Shown here: piece after piece, positions 37,545 through 46,675 of the stretch
Layout of the letters: every line of letters begins with the position of its first letter
How positions within the stretch are numbered: position 1 is the stretch's first letter
Origin: an uncultured Planctomycetia bacterium
GTDB lineage: Bacteria; Planctomycetota; UBA8108; UBA1146
Direction of reading: 5' to 3'
Assembly: GCA_964422295.1 (NCBI GenBank)
Contig: CAYRAM010000015.1
Span: 3,272-67,271 of the forward strand
DNA: 64,000 nucleotides
The notes under the pieces: model-generated
The model's database searches: none
What the model was told of the DNA's origin: nothing
The model's input: the letters and a program-made list of their open reading frames with translations, nothing else
Made by a program: the position numbers and the translations under genes

Positions 37545-38332
37545 CGATCTCCTGCTTTCCCGATCGATCGGCCTGAGCGAATTCTTCTGACGGCTTCCGC
37601 TGCCTCATCGAGAAGAGTCAATTGACCACCATAGGTGCGCAGCAGATTTTCCCTGTTAAAGGTGGTTTTGGTTGGGCCTGCAGCCACCAATCTCAGGTTC
37701 AACAGTAGTACGTGGTCAAAGTAATCTTCGATGGTTTGCAGATCATGGTGAACGATGATGACTGTTCGTTCATCTCTTTTGAGATCGGCAAGTACAGAGC
37801 GGATGGTATCTTCAGTGGCCGCATCCACACCGGCAAAGGGCTCATCCATCAATACGATTTTTGCATCTTGGGCAAGTGCTCTGGCGATGAAGACCCGTTG
37901 TTGCTGACCGCCGGAAAGTTCGCCGATCTGCCGAGATCGATAATCCGCCATCCCGACTGCAGCAAGACACTCCAGGGCCCAGTCTCTTTGCGCTTTGCCT
38001 GGCCATCGGAACCATCCGAGTTGGCGGTAGGTCCCCATCATGACCACATCGAGAACCTGGATGGGAAAATCCCAATCAACACTTTCTCTCTGAGGAACAA
38101 AACCGATCAGTTCATCCGATTGTTCTCTGGGAACATCGAGCACCTTGATCCAGCCATTTGCGGGGGAGTGGGTACCCAAGATACACCCCAAAAGTGTGCT
38201 CTTGCCCGCACCGTTGGGACCCACGACAGCACACAGGGAGCCTTTAGGGATTTCGACGTCGATGTCCCACAGAACCGGTTTTTCACGGTAGGCCATGGTC
38301 AAATCGTGGATCTCAATGGCGGTATCAGTCAA
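37541..38332 (-). CDS. Metal ABC transporter ATP-binding protein (TroB/MntB-like)
   Basis: GPNGAGKST, LSGGQQQR, LMDEPFAGVD, VHHD. Confidence 0.95.
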   Translation of the reverse strand: MTDTAIEIHDLTMAYREKPVLWDIDVEIPKGSLCAVVGPNGAGKSTLLGCILGTHSPANGWIKVLDVPREQSDELIGFVPQRESVDWDFPIQVLDVVMMGTYRQLGWFRWPGKAQRDWALECLAAVGMADYRSRQIGELSGGQQQRVFIARALAQDAKIVLMDEPFAGVDAATEDTIRSVLADLKRDERTVIIVHHDLQTIEDYFDHVLLLNLRLVAAGPTKTTFNRENLLRTYGGQLTLLDEAAEAVRRIRSGRSIGKAGDR

Positions 38333-39333
38333 CGTAAGCCCTCCACAATCGTCTTGGCGTTATGAAGAACCATCTTCGACCAACTGCCAGCACCGCTCTC
38401 TCTGGGACCGGGGGCATCACTATAAAGTTTGCCTCCGATCCTGAGTTCGTGTCCCAGCCTTTCACATCCCTCAATCAGTGCACGAACATTCCTCTCTGGA
38501 ACTGTCGACTCCATGAAGATCGCCGGGACATTTTGATCGCTCAGGAGTTTGACCAGTTGATTGACCCGGAGCAGGGAAGGTTCGGACTCTGTGCTGATGC
38601 CTTGTATTCCATGAACTTCGAATCCGTAACGCTTCCCAAAGTATGCAAAAGCATCGTGGGCAGTGACCAATATCTTTCGATCCTGAGGAATCTGCCCGAG
38701 GAGATCGATGATCTGGCGATCAAGTTCATCCAGGTATTGATTCAGATCTTTGAACCGCTCTTCCAGGTTCACGGAATCAATACTGCCATGGTTGGACAAG
38801 ATTGTTTTCAGATTCGTACAGACTTCCTTCCACAATTGGATGTCGAGCCAAAGGTGAGGATCGATGATGCCTGATTCATCGATGATGAGTTGTTCCTGAG
38901 GAATGTTTGCACATATTGCGACCGCTTTACCCCCAGAGTTCTTGATATCAATCTGTGAGAGCATGTCAGACATTCGACCTTCGAGGTGAAGCCCGTGATA
39001 AAGAACCAGATTCGCTCTCAGGACCTTTCGCAAGTCTTCGGGGGTCGGTTTGTAGAGGTGGGGATCGACGCCGCTTCCCATCAAATGGTCAACCTCAACT
39101 CCTTCAGGGACCATCATTCGAACCGGTTCGGCGATCATCTGGGTCGTGCAGAGGATTTTCAGTGCAGTATCCCCAGACGGCTTAACCTCCTGAGTGCAAC
39201 TCGTGCTGAAGACGGTCAGGAGCAGAATCCCGCCGAGAAGAGAGGTGGGCAGGGAAGGTCTTCCTGAAAGTGATCTGGGGAGTCGGAAGGGGTGCGATTG
39301 CAGCGAGGGGCGAGAGTTCTTCATGAGATCCAT
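38329..39333 (-). CDS. Metal ABC transporter substrate-binding lipoprotein (TroA/MntA-like)
   Basis: FSTSC lipobox-like, GVDPHLY, HGLHLE, DPHLW, VTAHDAFAYF, LYSDA. Start ATG 39333 or 39324. Confidence 0.93.
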   Translation of the reverse strand: MDLMKNSRPSLQSHPFRLPRSLSGRPSLPTSLLGGILLLTVFSTSCTQEVKPSGDTALKILCTTQMIAEPVRMMVPEGVEVDHLMGSGVDPHLYKPTPEDLRKVLRANLVLYHGLHLEGRMSDMLSQIDIKNSGGKAVAICANIPQEQLIIDESGIIDPHLWLDIQLWKEVCTNLKTILSNHGSIDSVNLEERFKDLNQYLDELDRQIIDLLGQIPQDRKILVTAHDAFAYFGKRYGFEVHGIQGISTESEPSLLRVNQLVKLLSDQNVPAIFMESTVPERNVRALIEGCERLGHELRIGGKLYSDAPGPRESGAGSWSKMVLHNAKTIVEGLR

Positions 39334-39383
39334 CTTCCGATGACGGGGGCACAGGATCAAGGTTTAACCATGGCAAAATACTA

Positions 39384-39401
39384 TTTTAGTGGAGACTAAA
39401 A
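39384..39401. promoter_or_regulatory. Candidate MntR/TroR operator (perfect 7-4-7 palindrome)
   Basis: TTTTAGT-GGAG-ACTAAAA about 50 bp upstream of the troA-like gene; TTTAG...CTAAA arms are typical of DtxR-family boxes. Confidence 0.75.
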
Positions 39402-39534
39402 CAGGGGCCCTTGATTCTGCCTTTTCTGTCGCAAATGTCATGAAAGTTGGTAATATTATCGGTATATACAAGTAATTCACCTGTCATGCATGACAAGTTA
39501 TCCAACAGGGCACCCCAGCGAGGAGAGCCCAAAG

Positions 39535-41178
39535 ATGATCGAATATGGAGGCCCGATGACGGCATCTCCCCTTATTTCTGGCCTGATGCGATCAGGACTC
39601 GTTCTGACATATTTGGTGCTGATCTCAAAGCCCGTTTTTTCTGTAGAGATACTTGTACCTCAGGATGTTGCAAATATCCCTGCAGCTGTGGAGCTCGCAG
39701 CGAACGGGGATGAGATCGTCGTCTCTCCGGGTGATTGGTCAGGCCCGATCGATTTTTTAGGGAAAAGCATCATCCTTCGATCGAGTGCAGGGCCAGATGT
39801 CACCCGGCTGGTGGGAACCGCCCAGGATTCTGTCGTAAAATTTGTTTCAGGTGAGAGTTCTCTGGCGATCCTCGATGGATTTTCCATTCACTCAGGCGGT
39901 GGCGCAGTCACTGCAAACGGTATTTGTGGCGGTGGAATTCTGATTCTTAATTCAACACCGTTAATTCGCAATTGTGTCGTCGAGGATAACTCAGCGGCAT
40001 CGGGCGCAGGAATTCATATCGAAGGCCCCACTTTTGGAGTTGTGAATCTCGAAAGTGTCACTGTTCGAAACAACTCAGCGGATGATTTCGGTGGAGGGAT
40101 TGCTCTCGTCAATAACGCAGAACTCTCCATGGTAGATTGTGTCGTCGCAGATAATTATGCAGTGGTGGTTACCGGTGGAATCCAATGCGAGGCAAGTACT
40201 CTCACCGCCATAGGGTGCACAATTTCCGGGAATACATCGAACCTGGCAGTGGGGGGAGTATGGATCTTCCTCGATTCAGAGGCGCAGTTCGTTGATTCCC
40301 TGATAGAAAATAATACCTCGCCCATCTCAGGGGGAGGAATTGTGATCTCTGACCTGGCTCGTGCGACGTTGGAAGGTTGCCTGTTCAGGGGCAACTCCGG
40401 TGGCAGTGCTGGTGGAGGAGTGATGATCGATTCCGGATCGGATCAGGAAAATCAGGTGATTCGCGGGTGCGTCTTCCACGACAACTATTCTATGAATGGT
40501 GGCGCCCATTTGGCCATCAGTTTCAATCCGGTGAGTTTGACGATCGAAAAGTGCACCTTTGGCCTCACGGCTGTGGGCAGCGGATCCGCAATCAGCGTCA
40601 ACAATGGAACTCCAGACGCAGTCTCGATCGATTCGAGTGTTGTGTTCCCGGGTCCCGTGAGTTCAATCGATGCGATTCCCGGATCCACCTTGGTGCAATA
40701 CTCCTGTGTCGAAGGTCTTCAAGGCTTATCCGTCACAGCCATCGATTCCATCGAGATCGACCCGCTCTTTTCCGATCCTGCGAATGGTGATTACACTCTC
40801 GATCCGGCATCCCCCTGCATCAACAATGGAAATCCACTGTTGCCACTGGATCCCGATGGCACCATCACGGATATGGGGGCACTCGGCCTTGCGCCTGTTC
40901 CCGTGCCCAATTTCCGCAGAGGGGATGTGGATTTTTCCGGAACAGCCAACATTGGAGATGCGATCCAGATACTGGCTTACCTCTTTGGATCAGGAGCCGT
41001 CACACCGCTCTGTGACGATGCATTGGATTGCAATGATGATGGGGCACTCAATTTGGCGGATGCCATCAGCTTACTGGCTACCCTCTTTGTTTCAGGGGAT
41101 CCATTGCCGATGCCTTATCTCGAGTGCGGGCCAGATCCGACCGACGATGGTCTCACTTGCAATTCGGATTGCCCCTGA
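39535..41178 (+). CDS. Secreted right-handed beta-helix (Pmp/pectin lyase-like) protein with C-terminal dockerin-like domain
   Basis: Repeated N.S...GGGI units, IDPLFSDP..GDYTL...SPCIN.G....DPDGT..DMGA, then FRRGD...CGPDPT...CP. ATG 39535 with GAGGAG RBS. Confidence 0.82.
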   Translation: MIEYGGPMTASPLISGLMRSGLVLTYLVLISKPVFSVEILVPQDVANIPAAVELAANGDEIVVSPGDWSGPIDFLGKSIILRSSAGPDVTRLVGTAQDSVVKFVSGESSLAILDGFSIHSGGGAVTANGICGGGILILNSTPLIRNCVVEDNSAASGAGIHIEGPTFGVVNLESVTVRNNSADDFGGGIALVNNAELSMVDCVVADNYAVVVTGGIQCEASTLTAIGCTISGNTSNLAVGGVWIFLDSEAQFVDSLIENNTSPISGGGIVISDLARATLEGCLFRGNSGGSAGGGVMIDSGSDQENQVIRGCVFHDNYSMNGGAHLAISFNPVSLTIEKCTFGLTAVGSGSAISVNNGTPDAVSIDSSVVFPGPVSSIDAIPGSTLVQYSCVEGLQGLSVTAIDSIEIDPLFSDPANGDYTLDPASPCINNGNPLLPLDPDGTITDMGALGLAPVPVPNFRRGDVDFSGTANIGDAIQILAYLFGSGAVTPLCDDALDCNDDGALNLADAISLLATLFVSGDPLPMPYLECGPDPTDDGLTCNSDCP

Positions 41179-41252
41179 CCGCTTCAAGGTCCGCTCTTGA
41201 CCCGGGATCGATCTGGACGGAAACTCTGCCCCTGTGAGCCCTTTCCGGGCTC

Positions 41253-42188
41253 TTGAAGGGCGGGGGTTTGGCAAAGATTTTGGAACTCAATGCCACCATC
41301 GAAGAGCGCGAGGATTTTTCTGACGAATTGGCCATCTTCAAGGTACGCCTCGATGAATCCCTCCCAGAGGGTGCTTGGTTCGTCCCTGGCCAATACATGG
41401 TCATCGGAGTCAATAACACTGAAGATCCGGACCTCGGTGGTGTTCAAAGGCCGATGTCGATCGCATCCGAACCTGCACAAAGGAACCATGTCGAGTTCTA
41501 CATTCGACGAGTGGGAAAACCGGAATCCAAAAACCCTCTGACGCACAGCCTGTTTCGACTTCGTGAAGGGGAGAGGGTGTTTCTGAGACCCAAACCCAAG
41601 GGGCACTTCACAATCCCGGGGACTGTCGGGGATGATGATTCACGTTGGCGGATTCTCGTCAGTGCAGGGACCGGGCTGGCCCCCTTTGTTTCAATCGTCA
41701 GAGATGATTTGACGCATGGTCGGGAATTGACCCGGACGTGCATCATTCACGGCGCATCACGCCCGGGTGATCTCGGTTACAGAACAGAACTGGAATCCCT
41801 CGCTGAAAATCATGGCCTCGTCTATCTGCCGACGGTCAGCCGACCGGCAGATCATCCTGACTGGGCTGGATTGCAAGGGCGAGCGGAAGATCGCTTTTTG
41901 CCAGATGCCATGGAAGTTCTCGAAGATCGTATGGGATTGTCTCCGGGCACTCTTGGACCTGACCTCGCAGTGGTCTTGGTGTGCGGACTCCAGGGGACAA
42001 TTGGTGAATCACTGACGCGATTGGCAAAGCGTGGCTTCGTGCCGGCGGAGAAAAAAATCCGCAAAAAGTTGGAGATTCCAGATTCGCTTCCCGGTTCATT
42101 TTTCTTTGAACAGTATGATTCTGATCCGGTGATCGACCTCGAAAATGAGTCCCTTATTCAGGAATTGAAAACGGACTTGGGCCTCTAA
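41253..42188 (+). CDS. Ferredoxin/flavodoxin--NADP+ reductase family oxidoreductase
   Basis: FVPGQY, RPMSIAS, GTGLAPFVS, IIHGAS, LVCG, FFEQY. Start TTG 41253 or 41268. Confidence 0.87.
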   Translation: MKGGGLAKILELNATIEEREDFSDELAIFKVRLDESLPEGAWFVPGQYMVIGVNNTEDPDLGGVQRPMSIASEPAQRNHVEFYIRRVGKPESKNPLTHSLFRLREGERVFLRPKPKGHFTIPGTVGDDDSRWRILVSAGTGLAPFVSIVRDDLTHGRELTRTCIIHGASRPGDLGYRTELESLAENHGLVYLPTVSRPADHPDWAGLQGRAEDRFLPDAMEVLEDRMGLSPGTLGPDLAVVLVCGLQGTIGESLTRLAKRGFVPAEKKIRKKLEIPDSLPGSFFFEQYDSDPVIDLENESLIQELKTDLGL

Positions 42189-42246
42189 TTGGCGTGTTAA
42201 ACTCTGGATATGATGGCTTGGCTTGTGGAAGATATCTGCGGAAGAA

Positions 42247-45200
42247 ATGAGCCCAATGTCCAACAATTCGTCTGAAAAATTGACTCTCCATCTGCACCAT
42301 GGAAGTGAATCACGGCAGATTTCCACTGCCGGTGTCAGTAGCATTACCATCGGTCGCGCTGAAGATTGCACGATATGCCTCGATATTCCAAAGATCAGCA
42401 GAGTTCACGCTGAAATCAGAATCGATGGTTCCGACTTTCGTTTGATCGACAAGAGATCTTCCAATGGCACGTTTCTAAACGGGGACCAGATTGAAACTGC
42501 CCGGCTTCGCCCTGGAGATCGTATCGAAATTGGCGAAGCGGTGATCGAAGTAAAAGATGCCACTTCAGTGGCAGACAGGCCCAAGTCGGCAAGAAAGAAA
42601 CCGCCGGGCTCACCGGCACCCAAAGTTCCTCGAACAAAAAAGCCTGCTGCTGTCGGACGCGGTGAAACCGGCCGTGAGCCTGAAAATGGAAATGCGACGC
42701 CGCTGCGACGAAGTTCGCCTTCATTGATCAACAGGCTGGCAGATTTTTCACTGCTGTTGTTGCTGATCGTTCTCGTAGGCCTGGTGGCAAAGGAGTACTC
42801 CCAAGGCCCCAGAAAAGTCGTCAAAGAAGTGCAACCTGACACGGTTACCGCTCCCATCGATGGAGAAGTCACCGAGATCGCCCGCCCGCTCGACGATGGA
42901 GAAGTCTCCCTCAAACTCCTCGAGCAGGAGATGGCAGCGGGAGAATTGGGGTGGGATGCCATCGAGGGATTGCGTTCGATCGCCCGGAGGCAACCGGGGA
43001 GCAGGGCTGCGAAGACCTGTCTGGACCTGGCCGAGGCGCTCGAAGGCGTCAGAGGGACCACTCTCATCAGCCAACGAGAGTCCCTTGAGGAGTTGTTGAC
43101 ACCGATGGTCTTGAGGCGGGAATTCGGCGAATCTTCACTGATCGCCCGCTTTCTTGCCAGGGCGGATTCGAGCCGCGAGGCGAACCGTTACTGGACGGAA
43201 AGGGCGGACCAGATTGGCAGGATGGCGCGGGCAGACCTTCGCCAGTTGGATGAGCAGGTGACAGGACTTCTCGATTTGAGGAGACCGGGAGAAGCCCTGC
43301 GTCTCGTTGCAGCCTCTCGCCAACGATACAGTGGTTTTCAGGAATTTGAGACGATGTTGTCGGACCTGGTCGAAGGGGTCGCCGACCTTAAATTGAAGGA
43401 GCCGCCGAGGAGAGTCAATGCGCCGCGAGAGTGGAGCGAGTTGCTCTCTCGATCTCGCAGATATCTGGAGGAGTGCCGCTACTCCGACCTTGCTCCCGTG
43501 CTGTACCGGGCTCTCTCTCTGGAGCTCCCTACAACAGATCACATCCAGGCCCTCGAATTATTGGTCAAGGCCGGGGCTCTCACCGCAATGTTTGAAGAAT
43601 TTATTGAAGGAGCCTCCGGAGGAGATGTGACTGTGAAAATCTCCGGTTTCCCGATGCGGGTTCTTCGGGCAACCCGGGATGGCGTCGAGTTGGAAAGAGA
43701 GATCGCCGGTGGAAAGCAGACTTTGGAGAAGAGTTGGCTGGAGGTCACTTCGACCGACAAATCGGCCCTCTTCAGATCTGTTCCCCATTCCGTTGAAGGG
43801 GTCATGGGTCTGGTTTTTCTCGCTGAAGTGGCGGGGGACGATGACGGCTTTCACCGATCGTTGGTCAATTTGCACCGGAGAAAAAAAGGGGAAGGCCTGG
43901 CTGAAGCGATTCTGATGAAGTCGCGACCGGGAATCCCGCCGGGGTCAAAATTTGAAGAGTTTGACGGCCGACTGGTTACCAAACTTGAGAAGGAGAATCT
44001 GCTCGAGGAACGCCGATTGAAAAAAGAGCGTGAGCGTGAAGCGATTGCAGAAGCAAAGCGACTGCAAAAATCAAAGAAGATCGAAGTCATCGTCGCATAC
44101 GCTCAACTATTGCGTGAGCAAGGGTCTTTCAGTCTGGCGGATCAAATGCTGAGGGAAGTGGTCGCCAAATCCGACGATGCGGAGCAATCTGCAGAAGCGA
44201 GAAGACTCCTCGCAGATCCCTACCTGGCACTGGTTCCACTCCGTGAAAGCGGGGATCCGAAAAATCGCATCGATCTGTTCATCTTGGGGGATGGCTACCA
44301 GGTGGACGACGATCAGCAATCCCAATTTCTGAATCATGCCAAAACGTGTGAGAGGCTGCTCTTCTCTGTGGATCCCTATCGGGAGTATGAGCAGTACTTC
44401 AATTGCTCGGCGGTTCATCTTCAATCGGTCGACTTTGGAGTCTCCAGGGAACCCGGGGAGATCAATAAGGATACCCCCCTCGGTTGCCTCGTTCGCTATG
44501 ACGTCTTGACTTCCAATGCAGGAAAGGTGTTCTCGATCACTGGTCGTCTTGGGGAAGCGGGGAAAGACCGCCAGACGGTCGTCATCGCCAATGACGTTGC
44601 GGGTGTTGCCACCGGTGGCGGGGGGGTGACCAGCTTGCCGAAGGGCGCGTTGGGCCTCGTCCACCACGAGGTTGGTCACTCCTTTGGCGGTTTGAATGAT
44701 GAATACGACAATGAACCAGGCCAGGATCCGGATAAGCAACCTCCTCCACCGAGAGATGCAATCGTTCCCACTCGACCGGGACCTCCCAACCTGATGCATG
44801 GCAGTGACAAGGCCGATGTGGCCTCGAAAGTGATTTGGCAAGAGTGGATCGATGCAGAGGATCGCTGGTGGAACAACAGCACCGTAGGTCTGTTTGAGGG
44901 GGGGGACCGCAAACCCTTCCACGTCTGGCGACCCCAACTGTCGTGCATGATGAGAGATTTGAGTGGGTTCTGTGTCGTATGCATGGAACACATGGTGAAG
45001 CAGATCTATCGCAATGTCCGCCCCGTGGACAGAGTGGATCCGGAACCTGGAGAATTGGTGCTCGAAAAGGCGGATGAGGATGAAATCATCCTCAAAGTCT
45101 GGACGCTGCAACCTCGTACTCATGATCTGGAGGTGACGTGGAGAGTACTCTCCTATGGTCTCCAGAAGCCTGCGGGAGCGGGGGGGGAGCCCGCCACAGG

Positions 45201-45429
45201 TCAGACCGCCGTGAAAGACCAGCGACAGGGTGAACTCTGGAGGAGATCCCAAAGCGGACTCGATGCCAGCGGCAAGACGGTCCGTGCTGCCCAATTGAGA
45301 GCAAAAGATTTAGAGCCGGGTTGGCATCGCGTGCGTTGTTCCATCAAAGATCCGACCCCGTGGGTGCTGAGGGATGACGAAGGATTATTGAAGCAGGAAT
45401 TGGAATGGTGGGTGGAAGTTCGACCCTGA
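42247..45429 (+). CDS. FHA domain / transmembrane / helical / M64 (IgA-peptidase-like) metallopeptidase fusion protein
   Basis: FHA: ITIGR...ISRVHAEI...LIDKRSSNGTFLNG. TM: FSLLLLLIVLVGLVA. M64: RIDLFILGDGY, HHEVGHSFGGLNDEY, GLFEGG, WRPQLSCMMR, FCVVC. Confidence 0.85.
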   Translation: MSPMSNNSSEKLTLHLHHGSESRQISTAGVSSITIGRAEDCTICLDIPKISRVHAEIRIDGSDFRLIDKRSSNGTFLNGDQIETARLRPGDRIEIGEAVIEVKDATSVADRPKSARKKPPGSPAPKVPRTKKPAAVGRGETGREPENGNATPLRRSSPSLINRLADFSLLLLLIVLVGLVAKEYSQGPRKVVKEVQPDTVTAPIDGEVTEIARPLDDGEVSLKLLEQEMAAGELGWDAIEGLRSIARRQPGSRAAKTCLDLAEALEGVRGTTLISQRESLEELLTPMVLRREFGESSLIARFLARADSSREANRYWTERADQIGRMARADLRQLDEQVTGLLDLRRPGEALRLVAASRQRYSGFQEFETMLSDLVEGVADLKLKEPPRRVNAPREWSELLSRSRRYLEECRYSDLAPVLYRALSLELPTTDHIQALELLVKAGALTAMFEEFIEGASGGDVTVKISGFPMRVLRATRDGVELEREIAGGKQTLEKSWLEVTSTDKSALFRSVPHSVEGVMGLVFLAEVAGDDDGFHRSLVNLHRRKKGEGLAEAILMKSRPGIPPGSKFEEFDGRLVTKLEKENLLEERRLKKEREREAIAEAKRLQKSKKIEVIVAYAQLLREQGSFSLADQMLREVVAKSDDAEQSAEARRLLADPYLALVPLRESGDPKNRIDLFILGDGYQVDDDQQSQFLNHAKTCERLLFSVDPYREYEQYFNCSAVHLQSVDFGVSREPGEINKDTPLGCLVRYDVLTSNAGKVFSITGRLGEAGKDRQTVVIANDVAGVATGGGGVTSLPKGALGLVHHEVGHSFGGLNDEYDNEPGQDPDKQPPPPRDAIVPTRPGPPNLMHGSDKADVASKVIWQEWIDAEDRWWNNSTVGLFEGGDRKPFHVWRPQLSCMMRDLSGFCVVCMEHMVKQIYRNVRPVDRVDPEPGELVLEKADEDEIILKVWTLQPRTHDLEVTWRVLSYGLQKPAGAGGEPATGQTAVKDQRQGELWRRSQSGLDASGKTVRAAQLRAKDLEPGWHRVRCSIKDPTPWVLRDDEGLLKQELEWWVEVRP

Positions 45430-45507
45430 TGGCACCATGATGCCATCGTGCCGCCCGCGAAGCCCTTCACAGGGGTTCTCACCTCATCTGTGAAAAGAGG
45501 TCTGCCT

Positions 45508-46338
45508 GTGTCAGAACTGAAGACCATCGCTATCACCAGCGGCAAAGGGGGCGTTGGAAAAACCCATCTTTCTGTGGCAGCGAGTATCGAATGGGCCCGC
45601 CGTGGACAACGGGTCATCCTTGTCGATATCGATCTGAACACCGCCAATGCCCACATCTACCTCTCGGTCAAAGATCCCCGTTGGACTCTCAGAGATGTCT
45701 TGGAGAAGAATTGCTCATTGGAACAGGCGCTTATCGAGATTCCTGAAAGTTTCTGGGGAGGTGGGAAGAGTTCCCCTGGTGGATCCCTCCACCTGCTGGC
45801 GGGTTCCATGGACGCCACAGATTTGCTGGGAATGTCGATTCAGGATCATCGGCGATTGCAGGGACTTCTGAACGGGTACGCAGAGCAGGCAGATATTCTG
45901 GTATTCGATACCGGTGCCGGGATCGACCATAATTTGTTGCTTTGTTGTGATTACTGCGAAGAGGTGCTGGTCGTCACCAATTCGGAGGCTTCCTCCAGAT
46001 CGGATGCCCTCAATGTCTTGATCTGTCTCAGCGTTCTCGACCGGCCGCCGTCACGTTGGCTGATTCCCAATATCGTCGAAGACCAAGTGCAAGGGAGAAG
46101 GCTCTTCGATCACTTTCAAAAGGAAACAGGTGACTCGGAGTTGAAGTGGGCCGGTGCCATTCGGGATGATGCCTCTCTCAAGGAGGCTGCCATCGTTGGG
46201 AGATTGGTGTCCATCGAAGAGCCGGGATCCATCGCTTCGGTGGATATCAGAAGTATTGCAACAGTGGTACTCGATCAGTTTGTGGAAGAGACCGATGGTG
46301 ACTTTATCAGCAGGATCGATGACATCATCGGCGGATGA
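45508..46338 (+). CDS. MinD/FlhG-like ParA-family ATPase
   Basis: Deviant Walker A TSGKGGVGKT, LVDIDLNTAN, FDTGAGI. GTG 45508 with GAGG RBS. Confidence 0.88.
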   Translation: MSELKTIAITSGKGGVGKTHLSVAASIEWARRGQRVILVDIDLNTANAHIYLSVKDPRWTLRDVLEKNCSLEQALIEIPESFWGGGKSSPGGSLHLLAGSMDATDLLGMSIQDHRRLQGLLNGYAEQADILVFDTGAGIDHNLLLCCDYCEEVLVVTNSEASSRSDALNVLICLSVLDRPPSRWLIPNIVEDQVQGRRLFDHFQKETGDSELKWAGAIRDDASLKEAAIVGRLVSIEEPGSIASVDIRSIATVVLDQFVEETDGDFISRIDDIIGG

Positions 46339-46388
46339 ACTTGGCATAGTGGCGATGGAATTTTAAAGAACGCCGATTCGAATCAGCC

Positions 46389-46420
46389 AAAAAAATTCCA
46401 GTGCGGGATCGCACTGGAAT
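46389..46420 (-). terminator. Rho-independent terminator downstream of rpmH
   Basis: 11-bp stem ATTCCAGTGCG-GGAT-CGCACTGGAAT with an adjacent A7 tract (U-tract on the minus strand). Confidence 0.8.
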
Positions 46421-46443
46421 CAAATTCAAAAACTGTTCGGGTT

Positions 46444-46581
46444 TTATCCCCAAGCCGTGAGACGGCAGGTTCCCTTGCGGCGGCGTGCATTGATCTGTTT
46501 GCGGCCGGCTTTGGTCTTCATGCGAGCACGGAATCCCTGACGCTTGCGCTTGATTCCGCTCTTTCTGATCCTGACCTTCAT
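46444..46581 (-). CDS. rpmH: 50S ribosomal protein bL34
   Basis: 45 aa MKVRIRKSGIKRKRQGFRARMKTKAGRKQINARRRKG; GFRARM.T..GR....RRRKG core; GGAGG RBS before ATG 46581. Confidence 0.9.
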   Translation of the reverse strand: MKVRIRKSGIKRKRQGFRARMKTKAGRKQINARRRKGTCRLTAWG

Positions 46582-46675
46582 TATTCCTCCGTGGGTTTTT
46601 AACCGAACCGGGAGTCTATCGGTGTGGCCCTCGCGGTGCAACGGGTTCCGCAGATTCGGGGGCCATAAAACCGGC

